This document shows positions 1-49,855 of a stretch of 64,000 bases of DNA, piece after piece. This DNA is from Octopus sinensis (taxonomy: Eukaryota): assembly GCF_006345805.1 (NCBI RefSeq), contig NC_043025.1:7378001-7442000 (forward strand). Direction: 5' to 3'. The position numbers were made by a program, and so were the translations under genes. The notes beneath the pieces were generated by a model. It was not told the origin of the DNA, ran no database searches, and saw only the letters and a program-made list of their open reading frames with translations. Positions within the stretch are counted from its first letter, which is position 1, and the number at the start of each line of letters is the position of its first letter.

Positions 1-269
1 GAAAACATAAAGGGACAAAACAGGACAAAAGGTTACAAAAGGTTTTGTCCGTTTTTCGAAAGAAAAAAGTCCATGTAAACAAACTTTACAACAAAGAAAA
101 AATTCAACAGTTTACAAAAAACTCCCAATAGAGGAGACGCTTCGAAAAAAAGAAAAGGTCTCACGTGGAAAAACCCATAAATGAGAAGCCCTTAAGCTCA
201 ATAGATTCAAATCTTACATTTATTTTTATTTTTCTGTTATACCGTGGTATGTTGTGCCACAAAAGACTG

Positions 270-845
270 TTCTTATTTCTTTATTGCCCACAAGGGTTAA
301 ACAGAGTTGGAATAAACAAGGACAGACAAAGGGATTAAATTGATTACATCGACCCCCATGCGTACCTGGTACTTAATTTATCGACCTTGAAATGAAGAAG
401 GACAAAGTCGACCACGGCGGAATTTGAACTCAGAACATAACAACAGACGAAATACTTATTTCTTTACTATCCACAAGGGGCTAAACATAGAGAGGACAAA
501 CAAGGACAGATAAACGGATTAAGTCGATTATATCGACCCGAGTACGTAACTGGTACTTAATTTATCGACCTCGAAATGAAGAAAGACAAAGTCGACCTCG
601 GCAGAATTTGATCTCAGCATGTAACGACAGACGAAATACCTATTTCTTTACTACCCACAAGGGGCTAAACATAGAGAGGACAAACAAGCGCAGAGAAAGG
701 GATTAAGTCAATTACATCAACCCCAGTGCGTAACTGGTACTTATTTAATCGACCCCGAAAGGATGAAAAGCAAAGTCGACCACGGCAGAATTTGAACTCA
801 GAACGTAACGGCAGATGAAATACCTATTTCTTTACTACCCACAAA
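270..845 (-). mobile_element. SINE family B head-to-tail multimer (~190-bp units, ~3 copies)
   Basis: Repeated CTTTCATCCTTTCGGGGTCGATAAATTAAGTACCAGT core. Related copies: 7625-7937, 16466-16696 (monomer with head), 20041-20400, 22150-22620, 46612-46980, 47030-47215. Confidence 0.8.
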
Positions 846-875
846 GCCCTTAAGCTCAATATATTCAAATCTTAC

Positions 876-1061
876 CTTTATTTTTCTCTTCTTTTTCTCA
901 ACTATCTTCAGTAGTTTCTTTCGTAGTTTCTTCGAGATTACTACTTTGGTCTCCTTTTTAGCTGCTATCTTTTTCGTTTTCCGTTTTTCCGATGGTAGGA
1001 CGAGGGCATTGCTGTCGTCGTAGGAAGTTTGCTGACTTTGTACAGGAAGATCAAGTTGTAT
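876..1061 (-). CDS. DHX37: DHX37 coding exon 2 (gene continues left of the window)
   Basis: IQLDLPVQSQQTSYDDSNALVLPSEKRKTKKIAAKKETKVVISKKLRKKLLKIVEKKKRKIK matches the DHX37 DASNALVLP...KK-rich segment. Acceptor ctctcattttgtttattcaaag|, donor AAG|GTAAGA; phase 0/0, in frame with exon 1. An in-frame TAG acceptor at 1086-1087 cannot be excluded. Confidence 0.85.
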
Positions 1062-1765
1062 CTTTGAATAAACAAAATGAGAGACCTAGAGTAAATTTCC
1101 ATGCAACACTTTCAAAATAAGCGAAGTAACCAGTTCTAAAACAAGGTATAAATAGTAGCAATGCTGGACAGTAACGTTTTTTTGGCCACTATAACACGGC
1201 TGTTCTATAAAGAACTAGTTGCCCTATAAAGAGCAAGTTGGTTAACACTATTTTTTTTTTGTTTTGGTGTCCGGGTCACCCCCTCAGACGCTTTCGGAAA
1301 TTCCCGGCGTGAATTTTCCGAGGCCTCTCCCCCACTCCCCTTTCGTTTAGAGGAAGTTGTTTTACACCTATTACACAAATTTTTTTTGATTTTTTGACTG
1401 GGTTTAACGCTTTAGTTTAACCTACATTTACTACATTTTAACCCCAGGAAAATGTCCGGATCTTTTCGGTTTGAACAGCAGTTTTTTCTAGCGGTGTCAT
1501 ATGAAATTGTCACCCATAATTATGACCCTAGAACCAATCTAGTAGACAATAGAGAGAGTTGAAGACAGTGAGAGAGAGAAAGAGGGATAGTGAGAGCTAG
1601 TAATGACTAGAGAGAGTGTGAAACCGAGTAATAGAAAGAGAGAATGTAGAAATAGGGATAAAAAAGGGGGAGAGGTACTAAAAAGAAGTAGTGAGAGGGA
1701 GTAATAGAAAGGTAGATGTTGATATAGTTAGAAACAGAGAGAGAGAAAGCAACAGGTAGGGGTAG

Positions 1766-2184
1766 GGATCTTTTCGGTTTGAATGGCAGTTTTTTCTAGC
1801 GGTGTCATATGAAATTGTCACCCATAATTATGACCCTAGTATCGATATATTGCATTTCAATCTGTTTTAGGGTTAGGGGTGGGGGGAAGGGTATCTTTTT
1901 TTCTTCACAAATGTAAATAAACCCAATCTGTTTCTTAAACGAGGGACATATTCATACGGCACAGAATGTTTTTTTTTTACCTCAATAGACGTCATTGATT
2001 GGTTGAAATTGCAGAAATTGAAGAAAAAAAAAACAACAAATATGTTACAAACTATAGAATTTTCTCAATAAAGCCAAGAGAAAAAGATGTTTTATAAACA
2101 CATTCTTCCAGTATACGAAGTTTAAAAGTGTTTAGTTACGTGGAAATTATTTTTAAAAAATTGCCGTTCAAACCGAAAAGATCC
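1766..2184. mobile_element. MITE-like element with ~23-bp TIRs
   Basis: GGATCTTTTCGGTTTGAAYGGCA...TGCCGTTCAAACCGAAAAGATCC; second copy 5962-6361, partial copy 1458-1531; no coding capacity. Confidence 0.75.
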
Positions 2185-2207
2185 AAATATAGAAATCATT
2201 TCATATT

Positions 2208-2268
<61 letters not shown>

Positions 2269-2389
2269 ATTTCTATTAATATAATTAGCTAGTAAATGGT
2301 GATTTTTTTAATGAGTTGAATTAAAAGAAAATGTTGGACATAATATTTACTAACTGTGGAAAAAAAACTTTATTAATTTAGCACATATA

Positions 2390-2792
2390 GCGCAGGAGTG
2401 GCTGTGTGGTAAGTAGGTTGCTTACCAACCACCTGGTTCCAGGTTCAGTCCTACTGTGTGGCACCTTGGGAAAGTGTCTTCTGCTATAGCCTCGGGCCGA
2501 CCAAAGCCTTGTGAGTGGATTTGGTAGACGGAAACTGAAAGAAGCCTGTTGTATATATGTATATATATATATGTGTGTGTGTATATATGTTTGTGTGTCT
2601 GTGTTTGTCCCCCTAGCATTGCTTGACAACTGATGCTGGCGTGTTTACGTCCCCGTCACTTAGCGGTTCGGCAAAATAGACCGATAGAATAAGTACTAGG
2701 CTTACAACGAATAAGTCCCGGGGTCGATTTGCTCGACCAGAGGCGGTGCTCCAGCATGGCAGTAGTCAAAATGACTGAAACAAGTAAAAGAG
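2390..2792 (+). mobile_element. Dominant tRNA-derived SINE family A, representative (~30 full or partial copies in the window)
   Basis: Head with A-box-like TGGCTGTGTGG and B-box-like GGTTCAGTCC, internal (TA)/(TG) tract, 3' end GACTGAAACAAGTAAAAGAG. Other copies (approx.): + 4349-5070, 19490-19867, 28430-28866, 35245-35625, 48372-48780, 50135-50510, 50618-51020; - 5388-5792, 14855-15287, 20765-21266, 24883-25278, 27095-27527, 35735-35930, 39612-40031, 40830-41250, 51137-51523. Confidence 0.85.
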
Positions 2793-3913
2793 AGAGAGAG
2801 AGATCTCAGGAGTCAAGATTATTAAAAAGTAATGGAAGGGAGGTAATCGAACGAACCCAGTAATTTCTCTAGATATATACAATTTTTTTTGTAAATAATT
2901 CATATTAATATAGAATCATAATTAGCTAGTAAATGGCGATTCTTGTTTATTTACACATTCTTACACACGTGTAATGAACTGTTACCAAAATATCTTCATC
3001 TTATCAAATCCATGGATGCTGTCCAAAAACTAAAAACTAGTAAAAGAATAGATCACACACATTCTATGTGATTTGTGTAAAAACATCATATACATTGTTC
3101 TAAGAAATAATTTATTTACTTTCTTTAAAAAATTCTTTTATTTTATTCTGTAAAATCAACTCATTTGCATACGCGCAAGTCGTAGTAGGATCGACTAGTT
3201 ACGACTAGCTAGCGCGGACGCGCGACTGCGCGTACCGGGTCCAGTCTTCGCTAGTAGTACCAGTTATATGATGTATAAAAACATGTAATATACAAATAAA
3301 TATCTGTAAATATAAAACCATCCGAATTTCTGAGTACCTTATTTCTTCTAATATAAAATGCCTGTACATCACCTCCAAACCTTCCAATATATACATAAAT
3401 ATATAGATATATACGATGGGCTTCTTTCAGTTTCCGTCTACCAAATCCATTCACAAGGCTTTGGTCGGCCTGAGGCTATAGCAGAAGACACTTGCCCAAG
3501 GTGCCACGAAGTGGGACTGAACCCGGAACCATGTAGTTGGTAAGCAAGCTACTTACCACACAGTCACTCCTGCGCCTATATATACATATATATGACAGGC
3601 TTCTTTCAGTTTCCGTCTAAAAAATCCACTCACAAAGCTTTAGTAGAAGACACTTGCCCAAGGTGCCACGCAGTGGGACTGAACCCGGAACCATGTGGTT
3701 GGTAAACAAGCTACTTACCACACAGCCACTATTTTTGGGAATTTTTAAAACGTTTTTGCGAATTTATATTCTACACACGGGTATATTTGCACCACGTGGT
3801 AAAATTTGTTTTTACTTTGATCATAAGGTATGCAACACCAAATACTGAGTGGAGTCCAAACGACAACCACCAACAAATAGAAAGGTTTCTTTACAAAAAC
3901 TCAAAACTCCTAC

Positions 3914-3994
3914 CTTTTCCTGTTCTGTTTTATTAATGGCAATCTCCAGCTGTTGTCGACCTTTCTGATTATATCTTCTCCTCAATCGACCCAT
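3914..3994 (-). CDS. DHX37: ATP-dependent RNA helicase DHX37, coding exon 1
   Basis: Manual translation MGRLRRRYNQKGRQQLEIAINKTEQEK matches the DHX37 N-terminus as recalled (human MGKLRRRYNIKGRQQ). 81 nt, ends AAG|GTAGGA (phase 0). Confidence 0.9.
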
Positions 3995-4084
3995 GACTTT
4001 AACGCCTAAATTACGAACAGAATCTCCCTTTTTTTGCTAAAACAGAATCCCAAAACGTTTCACTCAAAATTACAGAACCTTAAA

Positions 4085-4090
4085 CACGTG
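4085..4090. promoter_or_regulatory. Candidate E-box CACGTG ~90 bp upstream of the DHX37 ATG (second CACGTG at 3793-3798 in intron 1)
   Basis: Two canonical CACGTG boxes flank exon 1; motif match only. Confidence 0.3.
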
Positions 4091-4478
4091 CGTATATTAT
4101 CAAGCAGAGCGGTCAATGATGAACATCAGTTCCTTGTGTAAAACATTTCCGGTTACAAACTAACAACACTCCGGGTTTATTTTCTTTACCTTTTTCCAAT
4201 TCTTAGAATTTTAATGTCTCTATTCTCTCTCTCTCTCTCTTTGCTCTTTTACTTGTTTCAGTCATTTGACTGCGGCCATGCTGGAGCACCGCCTTTTTAG
4301 TCGTTTGACATAATATTTACTAAAAACTTTATTAATTTGGCACATATAGCGCAGGAGTGTGGTAAGTAGCTTGCTAACCAGCCACATGGTTCCGGGTTCA
4401 GTCCCACTGCGTGGCAACTTGGGCAAGTGTCTTCTGCTATAGCCCCGGGCCGACCAAAGCCTTGTGAGTGGATTTGGT

Positions 4479-4806
4479 TTAAGAAGACTCCGCCGGTTAC
4501 GACGACGAGGGTCCCAGCTGATCCGATCAACGGAACAGCTTGCTCGTGAAATTAACGTGCAAATGGCTGAGCATTCCACAGACACGTGTACCCTTAACGT
4601 AGTTCTCGGGGATAATCAGCGTGACACAGAGAGTGACAAGGCTGACCCTTTGAAATACAAGTACAACTCATTTTTGCCAGCTGAGTGGACTGGAGCAACG
4701 TGAAATAAAGTGTCTTGCTCAAGGACACAACGCGTCGCCGGGAATCGAACTCACAACCTTACGATCATGAGCCGAATGCCCTAACCACTAAGCCACGCGC
4801 CCTCAC
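4479..4806 (-). mobile_element. Young tRNA-derived SINE nested in a family A SINE, with 12-bp TSD
   Basis: Head GTGAGGGCGCGTGGCTTAGTGGTTAGG...GAGTTCGATTCCC (A/B boxes); AGTGGATTTGGT duplicated at 4467-4478 and 4807-4818. Confidence 0.88.
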
Positions 4807-5208
4807 AGTGGATTTGGTAGACGGAAACTGAAAGAAGCCTGTCGTATATATGTATGTATACAGATATATCCGTGTGTGTCTGTGTTTGTCCCCCTAGCAT
4901 TGCTTGACAACCGATGCTGGTGTGTTTATGTCCCCGAAACTTAGCGGTTCGGCAAAACGGACCGATAGAATAAGTACTGGGCTTACAAAGAATAAGTCCC
5001 GGGTTCGATTTGCTCGATTAAAGGCGGTGCTCCAGCATGGCCGCAGTCAAATGACTGAAACAAGTAAATGGGTAAAAGGAGTCAATAAGATATATTAAAA
5101 AGTAATGGAAGAGAGGTAATCAAGATGATATAGTTACTAAATTTATAAAGTTTTTCTCCACAGGTAGTAAATATTATGTCTAAACATATTCTTTTAATTC
5201 GACTAATT

Positions 5209-6632
5209 AATAAAACAAATCACCATTTACTAGCTAATTGTGATTCTATATTAATAGAAATAGAGATATATTAATATGAAATATTTGCAAAAAATTCTAA
5301 ATATCTAGAGAAATTACTTGGTTCGTCTCGATTACCTCCCTTACACTACTTTTTAATATATCTTGACTCCTGAGATCTCTCTCTCTCTCTTTTACTTGTT
5401 TAAGTCATTTGACTGCGGCCATGCTGGAGCACCGCCTTTAGTCGAGCAAATCGACCCCAGGACTTATTCTTTGTAAGCCCAGTACTTATTCTATCGGTCT
5501 GTTTTGCCGAACCGCTAAGTGACGGGGACGTAAACACACCAGCATCGGTTGTCAAGCAATGCTAGGGGGACAAACACAGACACACAAACATATACACACA
5601 TACATATATATATATATACATACATATATACGACAGGCTTCTTTCAGTTTCCGTCTACCAAATCCACTCACAAGGCTTTGGTCGGCCCGAGGCTATAGCA
5701 GAAGACACTTTCCCAAGGTGCCACACAGTAGGACTGAACCTGGAACCAGGTGGTTGGTAAGCAAGCTACTTACCACACAGCCACTCCTGCGCTATATGTG
5801 CTAAATTAATAAAGTTTTTTTTCCACAGTTAGTAAATATTATGTCCAACATTTTCTTTTAATTCAACTCATTAAAAAAATCACCATTTTCTAGCTAATTA
5901 TATTAATAGAAATGGATATATATATATATATTTATATAAATATGAAATGATTTCTATATTTGGATCTTTTCGGTTTGACCGGCAGTTTTTTTAAATAATT
6001 TCTACGTAACAAAACACTTTTAAACTTCGTATACTGGTAGAATGTGTTTATAAAACATCTTTTTCTCTTGGCTTTATTGAGAAAATTCTATAGTTTGTAA
6101 CATATTTGTGGGTTTTTTTCTTCAATTTCTGCAATTTCAACCAATCAATGACGTCCATTGAGGTAAAAAAAAAACATTCTGTGCCGTATGAATATGTCCC
6201 TCGTTTAAGAAACAGATTGGGTTTATTTACATTTCTGAAGAAAAAAGATACCCTTCCACCCACCCCTAACCCTAAAACAGATCGATACTAGGGTCATAAT
6301 TATGGGTGACAATTTCATATGATACCGCTAGAAAAAACTGCCGTTCAAACCGAAAAGATCCCTACCCCTACCTGTTGCTTTCTCTCTCTCTGTTTCTAAC
6401 TATATCAACGTCTACCTTTCTATTACTCCCTCTCACTACTTACTATTAGTACCTCTCCCTCTTTTTTTATCCCTATTTCTTCATTCTCTCTTTCTATTAC
6501 TCCGTTTCACACTCTCTCTTTCTCTCGCTATATCCAACACTCTCTCTAGTCATTACTAGCTCTCACTATCCCTCTTTCTCTCTCTCACTGTCTTCAACTC
6601 TCTCCATTTCTTCCTCTCTCTATCGTCTACTA
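5209..6632. repeat. Right arm of ~1.4-kb inverted duplication
   Basis: Reverse complement of 1540-2951; ends ~150 bp before the VPS53 ATG. Confidence 0.9.
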
Positions 6633-6782
6633 TCTCCAACTCTCACATCTTCTCTCTCATCTCTCTCTTTTCATTAGTATCTATCTCTTTCACTCCCCTT
6701 CCTCCACCTCTCTCGCTCAAACACATCATCTCGATCCCCCTCACTTTACTCTTCTCCTCCCACTCTCGGCTCTGATGGCAAC

Positions 6783-45688
<38,906 letters not shown>

Positions 45689-45723
45689 GTTTCAAACCAA
45701 GCCATACATACATACACGCATAT

Positions 45724-45761
<38 letters not shown>

Positions 45762-45815
45762 GCGTGTAAATCTGTGTCCACATGTATGAATGTATATTAA
45801 TGTTTGTGGGTTATT

Positions 45816-45846
<31 letters not shown>

Positions 45847-45872
45847 CATACATATATATATATATATATATT

Positions 45873-45906
<34 letters not shown>

Positions 45907-47234
45907 TCTATATACTGTAATCTAAATGAACATGAAGAGACAAAACTCTGTATAAAGTAGAGTACTTATAATGATGTTATTCTACATACATGTTGAAGTA
46001 TATATATATATATATATATACATATATGTGTATGTTTATATTGACATTACTCGAAAAAAGAGCACCTGATATAGACTTCGGGTTTGACAATCGACAATGA
46101 TACATATATAATGAATTTCTTTTGGGATGTTGTATATATATATATATATATAAATGGGACAAAAATGCAATAGAGAACAATAAAGCATTTGGACAGATAG
46201 ACGATACAGAGGTGGATAGGAGAAATGACAATTAGAAGGACAGGGAAAAATGATGGGTCATGTCCTTTCCTCGGTCAAGTTACCAGAAGTCCTTACTGTT
46301 TCAGACAACACTTAAGAGACAGGTTTGTGTGTAAAATATATGACAATGGTACAAGATGAGGGGTGGAGAAGGATTGATTAATCTTTCAGGGTTTTTTTTT
46401 TGTTGTTGTTGATGATGATGATGGTGATATAAATAAATAAATGGAATAAAAAATATAAAAAATAATAATAATATTGATAATTCTTTCTGATTTTGGCTCA
46501 AGTCCAACAATACTACTTTATGTTCCATGCTGAAAAGATGAAAGGCGAAGTTGATTCAGTGAGGTTTGAACTCGGAACATGAATATTCAAAAGAAATACT
46601 ACAGAAGCTTTAGCACGTCGGGCAAAATGCGTAGCCGTATTTCGTCTGCCGAGGTCAACTTTGCCTTTCATCCTTTCGGGGTTGATAAATTAACTACCAG
46701 TTACGCACTGGGGTAGATGTAATCGACTTTATCCCTTTGTCTGTCCTTGTTTGTCCCCTCTATGTTTAGCCCCTTGTGGGCAATAAAGAAATAGGTATTT
46801 CGTCTGTCGTTAGGTTCTGAGTTCAAATTCTGCCGAGGTCGACTTTGCCTATCATCCTTTCGGGGTTGATGAATTAAGTATCAGTTACGCACTGGGGTAG
46901 ATGTAATCGACTTTATCCCTTTGTCTGTCCTTGTTTGTCCCCTCCATGTTTAGCCCCTTGTGGGCAATAAAGAAATAACTTTATCCAACACACTAAAGAT
47001 TCTGCCTCTGCACATTCAGATTTTTGCCACAAGGGTAGCTTGAGGGGAGAGGATTAAGTTCATTACATCAACCCCAGTGTTTCACTGGTACTTAATTTAT
47101 TGACTTCCAAAGGATGAAATGCAAAATCGACCTCGGTGGAATTTGAACTCAGAAGACAGCGATGGGTGAAAGTATTCCATCCAGCATGCTAACGACTCTG
47201 CCAGCTTGTTGCCTTACCACCTTGTATATAATAA

Positions 47235-47632
47235 CTAGCAGTATTGCCCGGCGTTGCTTGGGTTTGTAAGGGAAATAACTATATAAGCATTTTTAGAGAT
47301 GTAAAGTATAATAGCCATCTCAATATGGCTAACCACAAAGGGGGGTGTTACTGTAGCTTTTTATGTTTTGAGATTTAATAATAAATTTTTAGAGAGTTAC
47401 TTCCCTTATATAAACCGAGCGAAAATGCATTAAAAATGCGGAAAAATTATGGTAAATTTTTTTTTAATTGTAGACTCATCGTAGACGCGCGCTAATACCC
47501 AGAAGGGCTCGATATGAATCACAACTATAAGATACCCGGTTTTGGTTACACTGCACCGCAAAATGTGGGAGTAGTTAGGAATCTAAATCGTAGGAGACAG
47601 ACAGCACACAACTTCACTTTTATATATATAGA
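47235..47632 (-). mobile_element. Second copy of the same non-autonomous Helitron
   Basis: Same termini (TC...hairpin...CTAG between A and T) and internal sequence as 29751-30145. Confidence 0.82.
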
Positions 47633-47671
47633 TAATAATGATGATGATTTCAAATTTTGGTACAAGCTTTT

Positions 47672-48275
47672 GCAGCAGTGCTTGGAAGGAAGGTGTGTAG
47701 CGTGTGATCATCGCATTGACCATGACAGAGAAAGTTGAGCAGAGAATCTGCATCAAATTTTGCCAAAAGGTTGGCGATACCGGCTTAGAGGCCTGCACAA
47801 AGGGTTCATTGTTCTTGGCATAATCAAGGAGATTTTCTGCAACTGAAATCCAAGTGTCTTTTCGGTCAGCTGAAAGCAATTTTGGCAGAAACTTGGCAGA
47901 CACGTGTCTCATACCCAGATCTTCAGTGATGATGGACTGAACTGAACCGTAACTAATCTGCACATCCTCTGATAACTCACACAGATGGTGATTCGATGAT
48001 TTCCGCTCACAGCTGCGATGTTTTTCTCAGTTCTGCTGGTTGTGGGTCTCCGAGAACATTCGTCAATATCAAAATTTTTTCGACCATCTTAGAAACATCT
48101 GAACCTCTCGTACACTTGTGTGCAGCTCATACACTCCTCTCCATACACTTTCTGCAACTTTGCATAGGCCTCTGAGCAGGTATTGCCATAACAATTTTCT
48201 CTGTCATTGTCAATGCGATTATCACACGCTACACACCTTCCTTCCAAGCACTGCTGTAAACAGCGGAATTGAGCT
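47672..48275 (-). mobile_element. Rearranged mariner transposase remnant
   Basis: YAKLQKVYGEECMSCTQVYE and SYGSVQSIITEDLGMRHVSAKFLPKLLS on the minus strand; MTEKVEQRICIKFC duplicated on the plus strand. Confidence 0.75.
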
Positions 48276-48533
48276 AGACTGTTTAAACTTACTGCACATG
48301 CACAGCAGAGTTCATGGTCAATCTTTACCAAGCAGCTTCACTCTGCATGCTTTAGCTTCGTTACTATGGGCACAGGAGTGGCTGTGTGGTAAGTAGCTTG
48401 CTAACCAACCACATAGTTCCGGGTTCAGTCCCACTGCGTGGCATCTTGGGCAAGTGTCTTCTGCTATAGCCCTGGGCCGGCCAATGCCTTGTGAGTGGAT
48501 TTGGTTGACGGAAACTGAAAGAAGCCTGTCGTA

Positions 48534-48574
<41 letters not shown>

Positions 48575-49124
48575 TATATATGTGTATGTGTTTGTCCCCT
48601 TAGGATTTCTTGACAACCGATGCTGGTGTGTTTATGTCCCCATCACTTAGTGGTTCGGCAAAAAGAGACTGATAGAATAAGTACTGGGCTTACAAAGAAT
48701 AAGTCCCGGGGTTGATTTGCTCGACTAAAAGGCAGTGCTCCAGCATGGCCGCAGTCAAATGACTGAAACAAGTAAAAGAAAAAGATATATATATACATGT
48801 ATGCGTGTCTGTGTTTATCCCCTACCATCACTTGACAACCAATGTTGGTGTGTTTATATCCCTGTAACTTAGTGGTTTGGCAAAAGAGATAGATAGAATA
48901 GCCTTACAAAGAATAAGTCCTAGGGTTGATTTGTTTGACTGCGGCCATGATGGAGCACAACCTTTAGTCGAACACATCGACTCAGGTACTTATTCTTTGT
49001 TAGCCTAGTACTTATTCTATTGGTCCTGTTTGCCAAACTGCTAAGTGACGGGGACGTAAACACGAACATCGGTTGTCAAGCGATTGGTAGTGGACAAACA
49101 CAAACACACACACCTATATATATG

Positions 49125-49855
49125 TGAAAATCAAAATCGAAATCAATCAACATCAATGGAAATTGCAGCTGTGAAGCCAGTGCTGGTGGTACGTAAGAGA
49201 ACCATCCGAACGTGGCCGTTGCCAGCGCCGCCCCGACTGGCCTCGTTCCGGTGGCACGTAAAAAGCACCATCCGATTGTGGCCGTTGCCAGCCTCACCTA
49301 ACCTCTGTGATGGTGGCACATAAAAAGCACCATCCGATCGTGGCCGTTTGCCAGCCTCACCTAACCTCTGTGATGGTGGCACATAAAAAGCACCATCCGA
49401 TCGTGGCCGTTTGCCAGCCTCACCTAACCTCTGTGATGGTGGCACATAAAAAGCACCATCCGATTGTGGCTGTTGCCAGCCTCACCTAACCTCTGTGATG
49501 GTGGCACATAAAAAGCACCATCCGATTGTGGCCGTTGCCAGCCTCACCTAACCTCTGTGATGGTGGCACATAAAAAGCACCATCCGATTGTGGCCGTTGC
49601 CAGCCTCACCTAACCTCTGTGATGGTGGCACATAAAAAGCACCATCCGATCGTGGCCGTTTGCCAGCCTCATCTGGCACGTAAAAGCACCCACTTACACT
49701 CATGGAGTGGCTGGCGTTAGGAAGGGCATCCAGCCGTAGAAACACTGCCAGATCAGACTGGGCCTGGTGCAGCCTTCTGGCTTCCCAGACCCCATTTGAA
49801 CCGTCCAACCCATGCTAGCATGGAAAGCGGACGCTAAACGATGATGATGATGATA
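49125..49855 (+). repeat. Family C element with 62-63-bp tandem array (7 copies)
   Basis: GCACCATCC anchors at 49265, 49327, 49390, 49453, 49515, 49577, 49639. Confidence 0.88.

Larger units (their letters stand above)
1540..2951. repeat. Left arm of ~1.4-kb inverted duplication (partner 5209-6632)
   Basis: GA-rich tract, MITE, (TA)n, SINE and AT-rich flank recur in reverse-complement order at 5209-6632, including private SINE variants. Confidence 0.9.

Noticed and set aside
965-1009. Minus-strand ATG at 1009 as the DHX37 start
   Set aside because: Out of frame with the conserved segment and stops after 14 codons; the true start is at 3994.
1296-1305. kappa-B-like site GGAAATTCCC
   Set aside because: A single 10-mer, plausible by chance in 64 kb; no supporting context.
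2378-2629. Recurrent ORFs such as QASFSFRLPNPLTRLWSARGYSRRH
   Set aside because: Conceptual translations of SINE family A, repeated dozens of times with frameshifts.
4735-4806. Possible tRNA gene (also ~11290-11357, 24250-24309, 37600-37663, 58860-58930)
   Set aside because: A/B boxes are present but acceptor stems are not intact and each continues into a SINE body.
46179-46437. AATAAA hexamers as the VPS53 polyadenylation signal
   Set aside because: Several candidates in AT-rich sequence; none can be singled out.
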